64,000 nucleotides of DNA, from NCBI GenBank assembly GCA_965371515.1, contig CBDUYR010000008.1:8592-72591 (forward strand), in the 5' to 3' direction. The notes beneath the pieces are model-generated. The model saw only the letters and a program-made list of their open reading frames with translations. It was not told the origin of the DNA and did not search any database. Both the position numbers and the translations under genes were made by a program. This document shows, one piece after another, positions 19,310 to 29,258 of the stretch. Every line of letters starts with the position of its first letter. Within the stretch, counting starts at the first letter, position 1. The stretch comes from an uncultured bacterium (GTDB lineage Bacteria; Krumholzibacteriota; Krumholzibacteriia; Krumholzibacteriales; Krumholzibacteriaceae).

Positions 19310-20230
19310 ATGAAAATTCCATCTATTCTCGCACGTATTCTGCTGTGCATGGCCGTCTTCCCTGCGGTTCTGCATGCGCAGGAGGATTCCACCTCGATCG
19401 TCACTGAAGATGTTCTCCGGGCCGAACGGCTCGATATCGTCCTTGGCGCCGATGAACTGAGAGAACCTCTCGGGCTTGCCGTTGACGACAGGGGATTTGT
19501 CCTCGTCGCCGATGCGATGGCGGGAAAGATATACAGGTATTCGCAGGACGGCACATCTCTCGAGTTCGAGGTGCCCCATCTCGACGCGGGGTTCTACCCG
19601 ATAGACGTGGCAGCGCACGGCACGTTCGTGTATGTCCTGGATTACGCGGGAAACAGGATATTGCGGTACGAATACAAGGGGGCCTGGCTCGACGTGCTCC
19701 TCGACTTCTCGCTCTTCGAGCGGATGAAACCCGCATCCCTCACGAGCAGCACTGGCGGGAGGCTGCTGACGACCGACCTCGAAAATCACGATATCACGAT
19801 ATGGTCGCCACTTCTCGATGTGGAGATAAGGACGGGCGAGTACGGCTGGGCCGACGGAAGTTTCGAGAAACCGGTGAAGGCGGCCCTTTTCGGCGACGAG
19901 AGGATCGCGGTGGCCGAGTTCGGGAACTCGCGCGTACAGATCCTCGGTGGCGCGGGAGGCTTCGAGGGTTATGCAGTCCTCGCGGACGGCATGGAGATTA
20001 AATCCCCGCGCTATGTGTGCGGCGGGCTCGACGGCTATCTGTTCATCGCCGATCCGGGAGCGGGTCTCGTCTACGCTTTTACGCCCTCTCTCGATCATGT
20101 GCTGACGATAGGCGGGGGAGAAGGGATCAGGCCCTCCGCTGTGGCGGCCTCGTGGGACTACCGCCTCTACGTCGCCGACCTGAATACGAGGTCGATTATC
20201 GTGTACCGCCTCGACTACCCCGGTAAATGA
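19310..20230 (+). CDS. NHL-repeat beta-propeller protein, exported
   Basis: Start at ATG 19310 gives a signal peptide; NHL-like repeats LREPLGLAVD, FYPIDVA, FEKPVKAA...IAVAEFGNSRVQI, LFIADPG, LYVADLN. Confidence 0.8.
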   Translation: MKIPSILARILLCMAVFPAVLHAQEDSTSIVTEDVLRAERLDIVLGADELREPLGLAVDDRGFVLVADAMAGKIYRYSQDGTSLEFEVPHLDAGFYPIDVAAHGTFVYVLDYAGNRILRYEYKGAWLDVLLDFSLFERMKPASLTSSTGGRLLTTDLENHDITIWSPLLDVEIRTGEYGWADGSFEKPVKAALFGDERIAVAEFGNSRVQILGGAGGFEGYAVLADGMEIKSPRYVCGGLDGYLFIADPGAGLVYAFTPSLDHVLTIGGGEGIRPSAVAASWDYRLYVADLNTRSIIVYRLDYPGK

Positions 20231-23200
20231 TCATGATCTCCTTTCGACTCCAGGCAGCCGTTCTTCTGACTATCCTGGCCGCAGGACCGCTCGCGGCTGA
20301 GGAGGGAGGGAACCTCCGCGTGATGGCTCCCGTACGGGACCATTACGTCGAGTCGAGGAGGATCGCGCTCTCGGAGGGAGAGACCCGTATCGATCTCGGC
20401 GTGTCGTTCATCATAGCCGGGAGCGACTCGGTCGCCATGGACGGATTGCCCCTTCAGAGGGGAACCGGTTACAGGATCAATATTCTCAAGGGAACGCTGA
20501 TACTCGTCGAGCCACCCGTCGGTGGTGAGATACTGGAGGTCCGGTGGAAGAGGTATCCGTTCGCCTTCGCCCCCGTCTTTGCCTCGAGATTCCCCGGGGA
20601 GAGGCCTCAGCATGAGGTCACCATGCCCGCTCTGTCCGCAGCGGAGCCGGTGAAGGAAAAGGCGGTCAATCCGTACAAGCTGAGGCTGTCGGGCAACAAG
20701 ACGGTCGGATTCTCGGTCGGCTCGGGGAAGGATCTCGGGATAGACCAGAGCCTCAAGATAACGATGATGGGGAAGCTGGCGAAGGACCTCGAGGTGAGGG
20801 CGTACCTTACCGATGACAACCTTCCCGTCCAGCCGCAGGGGAACACGGAAGAGCTGAAGCATCTCGACAAGATCGCCGTGCAGGTCAGGAGCAGGCATAC
20901 CGAGACGAACTTCGGTGATTTCACCAGCGGTCAGGACTGGTCGAGTTTCTCGAGATTCGAACGGGAGTTGAGAGGTGCCTCGGTCAAGGTGAACGCCTGG
21001 AACCAGGAGCTCTTCGCCGGCAGCGGTATCACGAAGGGCAGGTTCCAGACGGCGAGATTCTTCGGGACCGAAGGGGTCCAGGGGCCGTACGAGCTCCTCG
21101 ACGCAAGGCGCTTCAACGGAGTCATCATCCTGCCGGGCACCGAGGTCGTCTATCTCGACGGCCGCCGGATGCGGCGCGGTGCGGAGAACAACTACGTCAT
21201 AGATTACGGCAGGGGGACGATCACATTCACGGAGCGTGTGACGATAACATCCGACTCGGAGATCGTCGTCGATTACCAGAGCGGCGAGGACGGATACGGC
21301 AGGACGACACTGACAGGCGGCTGGACGTCGCCCTTCGCCGGAGGCGCGGCGACGCTGAAGGGATTCTACTTCAGGGAGTCGGACGATCCCGACGATCCGG
21401 TCCGCGGCGTGATAACAGACGATGACAAGGAGATCCTCGCCGGGGCAGGAGATGATCCTTCGGAGGCGGTGGCCCCCGGCATCACGCCGGTCGAGGACGC
21501 GCTCGACGCCTACATCCTTGTTCCCGCCGACACGGTCCCCGAGCATTTCGAGTTTGTCGAGGAGGGAGGCGATTTCCTCGTCGACTTCTTCGATGCTGGA
21601 GAGGGGAAGGGCGACTATATCACCAACGGATTCACGAGGCGCGGCGCGGTCAAGTATATATACGCCGGCGCAAGTAAGGGAAACTACCTCGTGGGGAGGC
21701 CGCTTCCTCTGCCCGAGCGCAATGAGGTCTTCTCCCTCGGATTCGACGCGGCGAAGGGAAGCCTCTTTCTCTCGGCCGAGGGAAACCTGTCGCTCTTCGA
21801 CGCCAACGTCCTCTCGAGCGTCGGTGACGAGGACAATCGGGGCGGAGCGCTGCGATTCAGCGGCGGGCTGAAGAACCAGGCGGTCGGCGCGAGCAAATTG
21901 TCGCTGCTTGCCGCGTATTCCGCGCTCGAGGAGAGGTTTCGCGCGCCCGACAGGGCGAGGGAAGCCTATTTCTACAGGAACTGGAACCTCACCGATGTGC
22001 CGCTCGAGGGGACGGAGAAAATCTCGGGTCTCACCCTGACCTGGGAAGGGGAGAAGCTCTGGAAGCTCGGAGGAAGTTACAACAGGCTGCAGAGGACGGG
22101 CGGCCCGGGGGCGCGGAAGACCGAGGCGTCCCTCGCGCTCGGGGACAAGGCCGACCGCGGGATCGAGGCGGCCGGGTACGATTCGAAGAACGACCTCGGG
22201 CGCGACAGGCGATATCTGCACACCGAGGGTGCGTTCGGCTTCTGGGAGCTCCTGCCGAGGGTCGTCTTCGACACCGAGAGGTACAGGTCGTTCAACGTGG
22301 ATGCCCCCGATACGGGCAGGTTCTACTACCAGAACATCTTCTCGCTCTCGAAGAGGAAGGCGGGAAGCTTCAGGGGGACGCTGTCGTACACGATGAGGAA
22401 CACCGACAAGATGGAGACCGAGGGGGGGGGATGGTTCAGGGCGAGGGAGAACGATGAGATAAGGCTCGATGGAGGATACAGCTCGGGCGAGGCGATAGTA
22501 GAGGTGATTGCGAGCAGGAGGAACACGACGTACAGGGATACGGGCGCCTCGGGGAGACACGATCTCGGAAGGTTGAGGTACAGGGACGCCTGGTGGGCCG
22601 GCGCCGTAACGAACGACGTGAGCTACAGGATCAGCTCGGGAGTCGACAGGAGGCTCGAGAAGGCGGTCGTATACGTCGGCGAGAATAAGGGAGACTACGA
22701 CGAGGAGGGAAACGAGGTCGGGCAGAACAGGGGCGATTACATGGTCATCTTTCTTCCCGCCGAGGACGCGGTTCCCGTCCGCACGGTCGAACTTTCATGG
22801 AGGCTCAGCATCGGCAGCGGCGTCCGCGGCCTGTCGCTCAGCCCGTCGTCCGATACCGGCAGGTGGCAGTGGATCAGGAAGAATGTCTCGGTCGACAACT
22901 TCTTCTCGGTCGTAGAGAGGTCGCGTACCGATGAACTGGCGAGGCTCTATCTGCTCGACCCGTCCCTCCTGCAGAGCGACGATTGGACGCTCTACGGGAA
23001 GAACAGTTTCAGGACCGAGTGGGGATTCCTCGGGGACGTGAAGGGGTACAACCTCAGGCTGATCTTCTTCAGGGAGGACGAGGAGGACAACCGGAGCGAG
23101 GACGTCTCGATCGAGAGATATACGAGGGAGATACAGGGGAGGTTCGAGATGATCCCCGCAAGGACTATCACGCTGACCTTCCAGGGACAGACCTCGCTGA

Positions 23201-23637
23201 GTTCGCGCATGGTGTCGGGTGCGGCGGGCCAGATGTACAGGGTCGAGAGCATTCAGGGCTCGACGAAACTCGCGTGGAGGCTGAGGCCGTCGGTCAAACT
23301 CGCCATCGAGGGTGGAGCGGAGGACAGAAAGGACGCCGTCTCGCTGGCCGAACAGGTCTCGATATTTGGCACACCGTCGCTCGACGCTTCAATAGGGACG
23401 AAGATCCATATTAACGCCCTGCTCAAACTCACCTGGACAGACGAGAAGTCGAGCGAGGGCAAACCCCTCTTTTTCCTCGAGCAGGGGCTGAGGGAGGACT
23501 GGACCGTCGTGGGGCAGTACAGGTTCACGAAGTTCATCAGCTTCGGAATAAATTACAACGGGCACAGGGAGAAGGATTTTACCGGAGAGGTAAGGACAGT
23601 CCATGCTTTCAAGCTGGAAAGCCGCGCTTACTTCTAG
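20227..23637 (+). CDS. Large outer-membrane beta-barrel protein with SprA/Sov-reminiscent N-terminal motifs
   Basis: Signal peptide, long run of amphipathic beta strands, C-terminal AYF; motifs DQSLKITMMGKL, FGDF...RELRG, ILPGTEVVYLDGRRMRRG..NYVIDYGRGTITF. Confidence 0.6.
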   Translation: MIMISFRLQAAVLLTILAAGPLAAEEGGNLRVMAPVRDHYVESRRIALSEGETRIDLGVSFIIAGSDSVAMDGLPLQRGTGYRINILKGTLILVEPPVGGEILEVRWKRYPFAFAPVFASRFPGERPQHEVTMPALSAAEPVKEKAVNPYKLRLSGNKTVGFSVGSGKDLGIDQSLKITMMGKLAKDLEVRAYLTDDNLPVQPQGNTEELKHLDKIAVQVRSRHTETNFGDFTSGQDWSSFSRFERELRGASVKVNAWNQELFAGSGITKGRFQTARFFGTEGVQGPYELLDARRFNGVIILPGTEVVYLDGRRMRRGAENNYVIDYGRGTITFTERVTITSDSEIVVDYQSGEDGYGRTTLTGGWTSPFAGGAATLKGFYFRESDDPDDPVRGVITDDDKEILAGAGDDPSEAVAPGITPVEDALDAYILVPADTVPEHFEFVEEGGDFLVDFFDAGEGKGDYITNGFTRRGAVKYIYAGASKGNYLVGRPLPLPERNEVFSLGFDAAKGSLFLSAEGNLSLFDANVLSSVGDEDNRGGALRFSGGLKNQAVGASKLSLLAAYSALEERFRAPDRAREAYFYRNWNLTDVPLEGTEKISGLTLTWEGEKLWKLGGSYNRLQRTGGPGARKTEASLALGDKADRGIEAAGYDSKNDLGRDRRYLHTEGAFGFWELLPRVVFDTERYRSFNVDAPDTGRFYYQNIFSLSKRKAGSFRGTLSYTMRNTDKMETEGGGWFRARENDEIRLDGGYSSGEAIVEVIASRRNTTYRDTGASGRHDLGRLRYRDAWWAGAVTNDVSYRISSGVDRRLEKAVVYVGENKGDYDEEGNEVGQNRGDYMVIFLPAEDAVPVRTVELSWRLSIGSGVRGLSLSPSSDTGRWQWIRKNVSVDNFFSVVERSRTDELARLYLLDPSLLQSDDWTLYGKNSFRTEWGFLGDVKGYNLRLIFFREDEEDNRSEDVSIERYTREIQGRFEMIPARTITLTFQGQTSLSSRMVSGAAGQMYRVESIQGSTKLAWRLRPSVKLAIEGGAEDRKDAVSLAEQVSIFGTPSLDASIGTKIHINALLKLTWTDEKSSEGKPLFFLEQGLREDWTVVGQYRFTKFISFGINYNGHREKDFTGEVRTVHAFKLESRAYF

Positions 23638-25363
23638 AGCGGCCCTGTCGGGCGCGCTGATCGTCACGGCGGTCCTCTCCGCCCCGTGGGGAGGTGTGTC
23701 CGCGGCTGGGAAGCCCGCTTCCGCCCAGGAGGTCGGCGATACCCTCAAGACGGTCCGTCCCTGGATATCGAAGGTGCGCTGGGAGGGGCTGGACCTTCTC
23801 GATGCCGTCGCCGTCGAACGCGGCAGCTACCTCCGTGCGGGCGAACAACTGAGCGATTCATCCGTTGATCTGGAGCTTGGGCGGATAGATTCCCTCTGCT
23901 TCACCGCCGGTCTTCTCGGCGCGCGTGCTGCCGTAGACACGACGATGAGGGGAGAGGTGGTGGAGATCACGATGCGGATCTCAGAGGGGAGCCGGGCGAA
24001 GACGGGCGAAGTCACCGTCAGCGGGTCGGAAGTCATTCCCGGGGAGGAGCTCGCCGGCAGGCTCGGTGTCTCTGCCGGGGCATGGTTCGACCCGGTGGCT
24101 CTCGAGAGTTCGATGACAGGTCTTCTCGAGGAGCTGAACCGTTCGGGATACCCCTACGCCCAGGTCTGGATGACCGGGTTCGAATACAACGCGGAGACGA
24201 ATACCGTGGACCTGACCTTCGCCGTATACGGGGGAGAGGAGTCGATCGTCGAGGCAGTCGTCTTCGACGGCCTTACGAAGACAGACACGTCGCTCGCGCT
24301 GAGGACATCGCGGCTAGTTAAGGGGGAGCGTTTCGACGAGGAAAAACTGTCGCGCGCACGGCGTTACCTTTCCGCCTCGGACCTCTTCGTTGAAGTGGGG
24401 CAGGCCGAGGTACGCAGGCTCGGCCCCGGAATGATCGATGTGAGGATCCCTGTCGAGGAGATCAAACGGGGTAATTCGATACAGGGGATCTTCGGCTTTG
24501 CGAAGAAGGAAGATGAAGGGTATATCAGCAACGGATCGGTCGATATCACGCTGAGGAACATAGGCGGCAGCGGCAGGGACGTCGATTTCCGGTGGCTCAA
24601 CGACGGCCTCAGCTTCCAGACGCTGTTTTTCAGGTACTCGGAGGATTTCTTCTTCTCGCTGCCCACGGGATTCGAAGCGGAGCTGAGGCAGGATGTATAC
24701 GACACCCTGTACGATTATACGCTGGTCGGCTTCGACATGAGTCTCGACGCCGGGCCGGGCAGCGAGCTGCTCGCCGGCTACACCTGGGACAACAACGTTC
24801 CGCAGAACGAATCGCTTTTCGACAGGAGCGTAAGGCACAGGTTCCGGGCAGGCTTCAGGACTCTCTGGCCGGAGAGGGCCAGTCTCGCTCTAAGAGTCGA
24901 GGGCGCCCTGAGGAAGGAATACGCCGACGGCGGTACAGACAGCGACAGTCAGCTGCTCTACCGCTTCGAGGGAGATGCCGAGATACCTGTATTCACGAGA
25001 CAGTCGGTCTATATGAGGCTCGTCTCGGAGGGTGTCTTCTCGGTCGGCGATGTCAAACCGGCCGAGACCTACCCGCTGGGTGGGGCGAGGAGTTTGAGGG
25101 GCTACAGGGAGAACCAGTTCCGCGGCGAGAAGATAGCCTGGGCCAACCTCGAGTACAGGTTCGGCGGCGCGTCGAGGATATTCCTCTTCTACGACGCGGG
25201 AGCGTACTACAGGAGGGATACCGGATGGGACTTCCGGGACGGGTTCGGATTCGGCCTGATGTCTTCCTCGAAGCTCGGCACTGTGGCGCTGAGTTTCGGC
25301 ATGGGGGACAGTATCGCCCTCGATGGTATGCTCATCCACATCTCGCTCATCGAGAACTTCTGA
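23603..25363 (+). CDS. Omp85 family (BamA/TamA-like) outer-membrane protein with POTRA domains
   Basis: POTRA-like segments (SGYPYAQV; VVFDGLTKT...GERFDEEKL); RNIGGSGR; loop-6 motif LGGARSLRGYRENQF; NLEYRF; FYDAG; C-terminal F. Start codon uncertain. Confidence 0.85.
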   Translation: MLSSWKAALTSRAALSGALIVTAVLSAPWGGVSAAGKPASAQEVGDTLKTVRPWISKVRWEGLDLLDAVAVERGSYLRAGEQLSDSSVDLELGRIDSLCFTAGLLGARAAVDTTMRGEVVEITMRISEGSRAKTGEVTVSGSEVIPGEELAGRLGVSAGAWFDPVALESSMTGLLEELNRSGYPYAQVWMTGFEYNAETNTVDLTFAVYGGEESIVEAVVFDGLTKTDTSLALRTSRLVKGERFDEEKLSRARRYLSASDLFVEVGQAEVRRLGPGMIDVRIPVEEIKRGNSIQGIFGFAKKEDEGYISNGSVDITLRNIGGSGRDVDFRWLNDGLSFQTLFFRYSEDFFFSLPTGFEAELRQDVYDTLYDYTLVGFDMSLDAGPGSELLAGYTWDNNVPQNESLFDRSVRHRFRAGFRTLWPERASLALRVEGALRKEYADGGTDSDSQLLYRFEGDAEIPVFTRQSVYMRLVSEGVFSVGDVKPAETYPLGGARSLRGYRENQFRGEKIAWANLEYRFGGASRIFLFYDAGAYYRRDTGWDFRDGFGFGLMSSSKLGTVALSFGMGDSIALDGMLIHISLIENF

Positions 25364-25447
25364 CAATCTGTAAAATCGGAGTAGCAAGGGCGGGACCTGT
25401 GGATTATAATTGAACGCGCTTGAACGGATAGAGAGAGGAGGTTCCGC

Positions 25448-26722
25448 TTGACGGAAGTCGAAAAGGCCAGGGCGGGCGAGACAAGTTCCGCGCTGAAGGA
25501 AGTCGCGCAGTTCGAAGGGATCGATTCCGAAAGACTCAGGGTCCTCGTCGCCGACGGCAAGGTCGTGATCACCGGGTACGCGCGTGCTCAAAGCCGGGTG
25601 ATAGGGATCGGGGAAGGCTTGAGCACGAAGGTCAACGCCAATATCGGAACGAGTCCCGACCACAGCGATCCGGAGGTCGAGCTGCAGAAGCTCAACGCTG
25701 CTATCGACGCGGGGGCCGATGCGCTGATGGATCTCTCGATCGGTGGAGACATCGACGCGATGAGACGATCCATACTCGACAGATGCACAGTGCCCGTGGG
25801 GACTGTACCGATATACCAGTCGGTCGTGGAGGTAACAAGGAGGGGCGGGGAGATCGCCGACTGCACGAAGGAGGATTTTCTCGGCGTTGTCGAACGGCAG
25901 GCGAAAGACGGCGTCGATTTCATGACGATCCACTGCGGGCTCGTGCGCAGGCTCGCCGAAGAGGTTGCCGGGAGCAGGACGGCCGGGGTCGTCAGCCGCG
26001 GAGGATGCTTCCTTCTCCAGTGGATCGTGAAGAACAGAAGAGAAAACCCATACTACGAATATTACGACGAGCTCCTCGAGATCGCCCATAAGTACGATTT
26101 CGCTCTGAGCCTGGGCGACGCGCTGCGTCCAGGTGCGATAGCCGACTCGACCGACCGGCCGCAGATCGGCGAACTCCTCGTCATAGGGGAGCTTGTAGAG
26201 AGGGCGAGGAAGGCCGGAGTCAGCGTCTTCGTAGAGGGCCCGGGCCACGTACCGATACACGAGATCCCATCGAACATGATACTGCAGAAGAAGGTATGCG
26301 GGGGTGCGCCGTTCTACGTCCTAGGCCCGCTCGTGACGGACGTCGCGCCGGGGTACGATCACATAACCGCCGCGATCGGCGGGGCTGTGGCCGCCTGGTA
26401 CGGCGCGGACTTTCTCTGCTACGTCACACCGGCCGAGCACCTCAGGCTCCCATCGGTCGAAGATGTCCGCGACGGTGTGATAGGCACAAGGATAGCCGCC
26501 CACGCCGGTGACATCGCCAAGGGTGTGCGGGGGGCGAGCGACTGGGACAGGAAGATATCCCGCGCGAGGGCGGAGCTCGACTGGAAGACGGCGCTCGATT
26601 CGAGCATCGATCCGGCAAGGGCGAGGGAGATGTTCGACGCGAGCCCGACCGGTGCGGAAGACCTCTGTACGATGTGCGGGGAGTTCTGCGCGATAAGAGG
26701 TACGAGGCGCAGCAGGGAATAG
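25448..26722 (+). CDS. thiC: Phosphomethylpyrimidine synthase ThiC family radical SAM enzyme (ThiC, or a BzaA/B/F-like paralogue)
   Basis: KVNANIGTS, GADALMDLS, PVGTVPIYQ, GVDFMTIHCG, VSRGG, LSLGDALRPG, EGPGHVP, LCYVTPAEHL, C-terminal CTMCGEFC cluster motif; TTG start after GAGGAGG. Confidence 0.85.
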   Translation: MTEVEKARAGETSSALKEVAQFEGIDSERLRVLVADGKVVITGYARAQSRVIGIGEGLSTKVNANIGTSPDHSDPEVELQKLNAAIDAGADALMDLSIGGDIDAMRRSILDRCTVPVGTVPIYQSVVEVTRRGGEIADCTKEDFLGVVERQAKDGVDFMTIHCGLVRRLAEEVAGSRTAGVVSRGGCFLLQWIVKNRRENPYYEYYDELLEIAHKYDFALSLGDALRPGAIADSTDRPQIGELLVIGELVERARKAGVSVFVEGPGHVPIHEIPSNMILQKKVCGGAPFYVLGPLVTDVAPGYDHITAAIGGAVAAWYGADFLCYVTPAEHLRLPSVEDVRDGVIGTRIAAHAGDIAKGVRGASDWDRKISRARAELDWKTALDSSIDPARAREMFDASPTGAEDLCTMCGEFCAIRGTRRSRE

Positions 26723-26743
26723 GAAGTGTGGAGGAGGATCTCG

Positions 26744-29101
26744 ATGCCCGCCGGTAATGGATATGATAAGCCCGACGTCGGCGTCGGTGCATTTCTCGAT
26801 CTGGTTCCTCACAATGACAGGGAATCGCTGAAAGAGCCGGGGGCCGCCGGGCGTCTCTGCGGCGCTATTGCGGCCGGTCCCGTTCCTCCCGCTCTTCTAC
26901 TGCGCTTCGCTCGCGGTACCGGATTCCCCGGGATCCCGATCATCGAAATGGCCGTCGCCCCTGCCTCTGGAAAGGGCGATCTTTTCGAAGGCTCCGTGAA
27001 AGAAGCCTCTGCTGAAGAGAGATCCCGGCCCGTGTCCCCGCGTGAAGAGGTCGAGGCCGGTGCCCTCGAACAGGCCGTCGAACGCGACATCGCGCGGATA
27101 CAGGAAGCCCTCGGCGAGAGGCGCGAGGGCCAGGCAGCGATGGCGAGGACCGTGATGACGGCGCTGGCTCGCGACGAGATCTCTTTCGTGGAGGCGGGAA
27201 CCGGGACCGGGAAATCGCTAGCCTATCTTATTCCGTCGGCGATCTTTGCCTCCGCCACGGGGGAGCGGGTAGTAGTCTCCACACACACGAGAAACCTCCA
27301 GCAGCAGCTGCGCGAGAAGGAACTCCCTGTGCTTCGTGCTCTCACCGGGTACGACCTGCCCGTCGAGAGACTTATGGGGAGGGAGAACTATATCTGCTCG
27401 AGAAAGCTGGTCTCGTGGACGGTCAGGCTCTCGGGCGACGATCCGGATGCGGCGCTGCGTCTCGGGCTTGCCGCGGCCCTCGCATCCGAGGGAACGGCCG
27501 AGTCGATCCCCTCCGCAGTCAGGCCCTCTCCCCTTCGATCGATCTGCGCACCTCCGAGGTGCCTGATGAAGGCATGCTCCCATGCCGGCGGCTGCCCTCT
27601 GCTGCAGGCGAGGAAGAGAGCTGCGGAAGCGTCCATCCTCTTCGTGAACCACGCCCTGCTGATGACCGACCACAGGCAGGGAGGGACAGTGCTCGGGCCG
27701 TACAGCCGTGTCATCTTCGACGAGGCGCACCATCTCGAGCGGTGCGTGATGGACAACCTCTCGATAACAATCTCGAAAAAGACGCTCGAGAGAATATTCG
27801 ACCAGGTCGAGCCGGTATCCCCGCTTGCCGAGAGATGGAAGCTTTTCTCGCACGAACTCGAGTCGGCCGGACGCGGAATCGGGAGGGACAGCTGGGCCGG
27901 GAAGGTGCAGATGCTAGCGGCGAAGAAGACCGGGCTCGAGGCAGCCTTCGCCTCGCTCTTCACGGCGGCGGCCTCGAAATCCAAAGGCGAAGCAGCCGGG
28001 ACAAGGACCCGCTACGATGAAGCAAGGTTCTTCGAAGCCGAAGATGCGTTCAACCGCTTTTATCTTATTAACATTGAATTACGAGAGATGCTTAAACTGT
28101 TTTATGAAGCCAGGGCGCCCAAGTCGATGACCGTCGTTCAGAACGAACTGCGTTTCGTCGATGAGGAACTCGAGGCACTCTCCGAGTCTGTGAGGTACCT
28201 CCAGGATGCGGACGATCCAGACGGAGTCTTCTGGATCGAATGGACCGGGGGTGGAGAGGTCGCTGCGATCTGCGGCTCGCCCCTCGAGATCGACAGGCGC
28301 TTCGCCGATTATCTCGAGGAGCGGACAGTGTCGGCCGTCTTCACATCGGCCACACTCGCCGAAAACGGATCGTTCGACTACGTTATGGAGCGGCTCGGGA
28401 TCGGTCTGACGGGGAAGGACCCGGTCAATCTCCTCGCAGGCTCGCCTTTCGATTACGAAAAGAACCTGCTGATAATCAGGACCGAGGAGAGGACGGACCC
28501 GAACGACGAGTCGTTCGCCGGCCATGTCGGCCGTATGATATACAGTCTCTCCACCTTGACGGAGAGGAGGATCATGGCGCTCTTCACCTCATACAGGATG
28601 TGCCTCGCCACAGGGGCAGAGCTCGAACGCCTCGAGTTCGGCGGCACCCTCCTCATGCAGGGAGGTAAAAGGAGCAGGGAAGAGCTGGCCTCGATCTTCA
28701 GGTCGACCCGTGGAGCGGTCCTGCTCGGGGTCGCCTCGTTCTGGGAGGGAGTGGACTTTCCCGGGGGAGAGCTCGAGATCCTGGTTATCCCGAAACTCCC
28801 GTTCCCCGTTCCCACCGAGCCGGTGATCGAGGCGAGGTCGGAGAGGATGCAGGCCGAGGGAGGCAATCCCTTCGCCCGGCTCTCCCTGCCTGAAGCGATC
28901 CTGAGACTGAGGCAGGGGGTAGGGAGGCTGATCCGGAGGAAGGACGACCGTGGCGTGGTGGTCCTGATGGATCCACGCCTCGGGACGAAGTCGTATGCCC
29001 GGGCCATTCTGTCGTCGCTGCCCGTTATGGCGAGGCATGTATCTTCGGCCGACGATGCGGCGGGATCCGCGGCCGACTGGTTCGAGACGGGCAGTATGTA
29101 A
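26744..29101 (+). CDS. dinG: DinG family ATP-dependent helicase
   Basis: ATG 26744 after AGGAGG; EAGTGTGKSLAYL, STHTRNLQQQL, GRENYIC, VNHALL, IFDEAHHL, TSATL, SFWEGVDFPG, QGVGRLIR; Fe-S-type cysteines. Confidence 0.88.
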   Translation: MPAGNGYDKPDVGVGAFLDLVPHNDRESLKEPGAAGRLCGAIAAGPVPPALLLRFARGTGFPGIPIIEMAVAPASGKGDLFEGSVKEASAEERSRPVSPREEVEAGALEQAVERDIARIQEALGERREGQAAMARTVMTALARDEISFVEAGTGTGKSLAYLIPSAIFASATGERVVVSTHTRNLQQQLREKELPVLRALTGYDLPVERLMGRENYICSRKLVSWTVRLSGDDPDAALRLGLAAALASEGTAESIPSAVRPSPLRSICAPPRCLMKACSHAGGCPLLQARKRAAEASILFVNHALLMTDHRQGGTVLGPYSRVIFDEAHHLERCVMDNLSITISKKTLERIFDQVEPVSPLAERWKLFSHELESAGRGIGRDSWAGKVQMLAAKKTGLEAAFASLFTAAASKSKGEAAGTRTRYDEARFFEAEDAFNRFYLINIELREMLKLFYEARAPKSMTVVQNELRFVDEELEALSESVRYLQDADDPDGVFWIEWTGGGEVAAICGSPLEIDRRFADYLEERTVSAVFTSATLAENGSFDYVMERLGIGLTGKDPVNLLAGSPFDYEKNLLIIRTEERTDPNDESFAGHVGRMIYSLSTLTERRIMALFTSYRMCLATGAELERLEFGGTLLMQGGKRSREELASIFRSTRGAVLLGVASFWEGVDFPGGELEILVIPKLPFPVPTEPVIEARSERMQAEGGNPFARLSLPEAILRLRQGVGRLIRRKDDRGVVVLMDPRLGTKSYARAILSSLPVMARHVSSADDAAGSAADWFETGSM

Positions 29102-29258
29102 ATAGGGGTTTACAGTCTCAGGCGCCCTTTGCGGTTGCCAGTGGGCCTCGGATGGTGTAGAGTCTAATTCGTTCCGATACACAGAGCGATGCGACTTAAA
29201 ACATATTATAACAGCATGTTATGTGAATAGCTGAACCCTTGTTCGGAGGTGGCTGGAA

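Noticed and set aside
20215..22560. Long antisense or alternate-frame ORFs (781 aa here; also 9213-10490, 24890-26260, 41625-42773, 42820-43959 and others)
   Set aside because: Shadow ORFs expected opposite GC-rich genes; no recognisable motifs or ribosome-binding sites
29201..29229. dif-like site (ATAA...TTATGT) upstream of hutU
   Set aside because: The spacer would be 7 rather than 6 nt, and the XerD arm (TTATGTGAATA) diverges from TTATGTTAAAT
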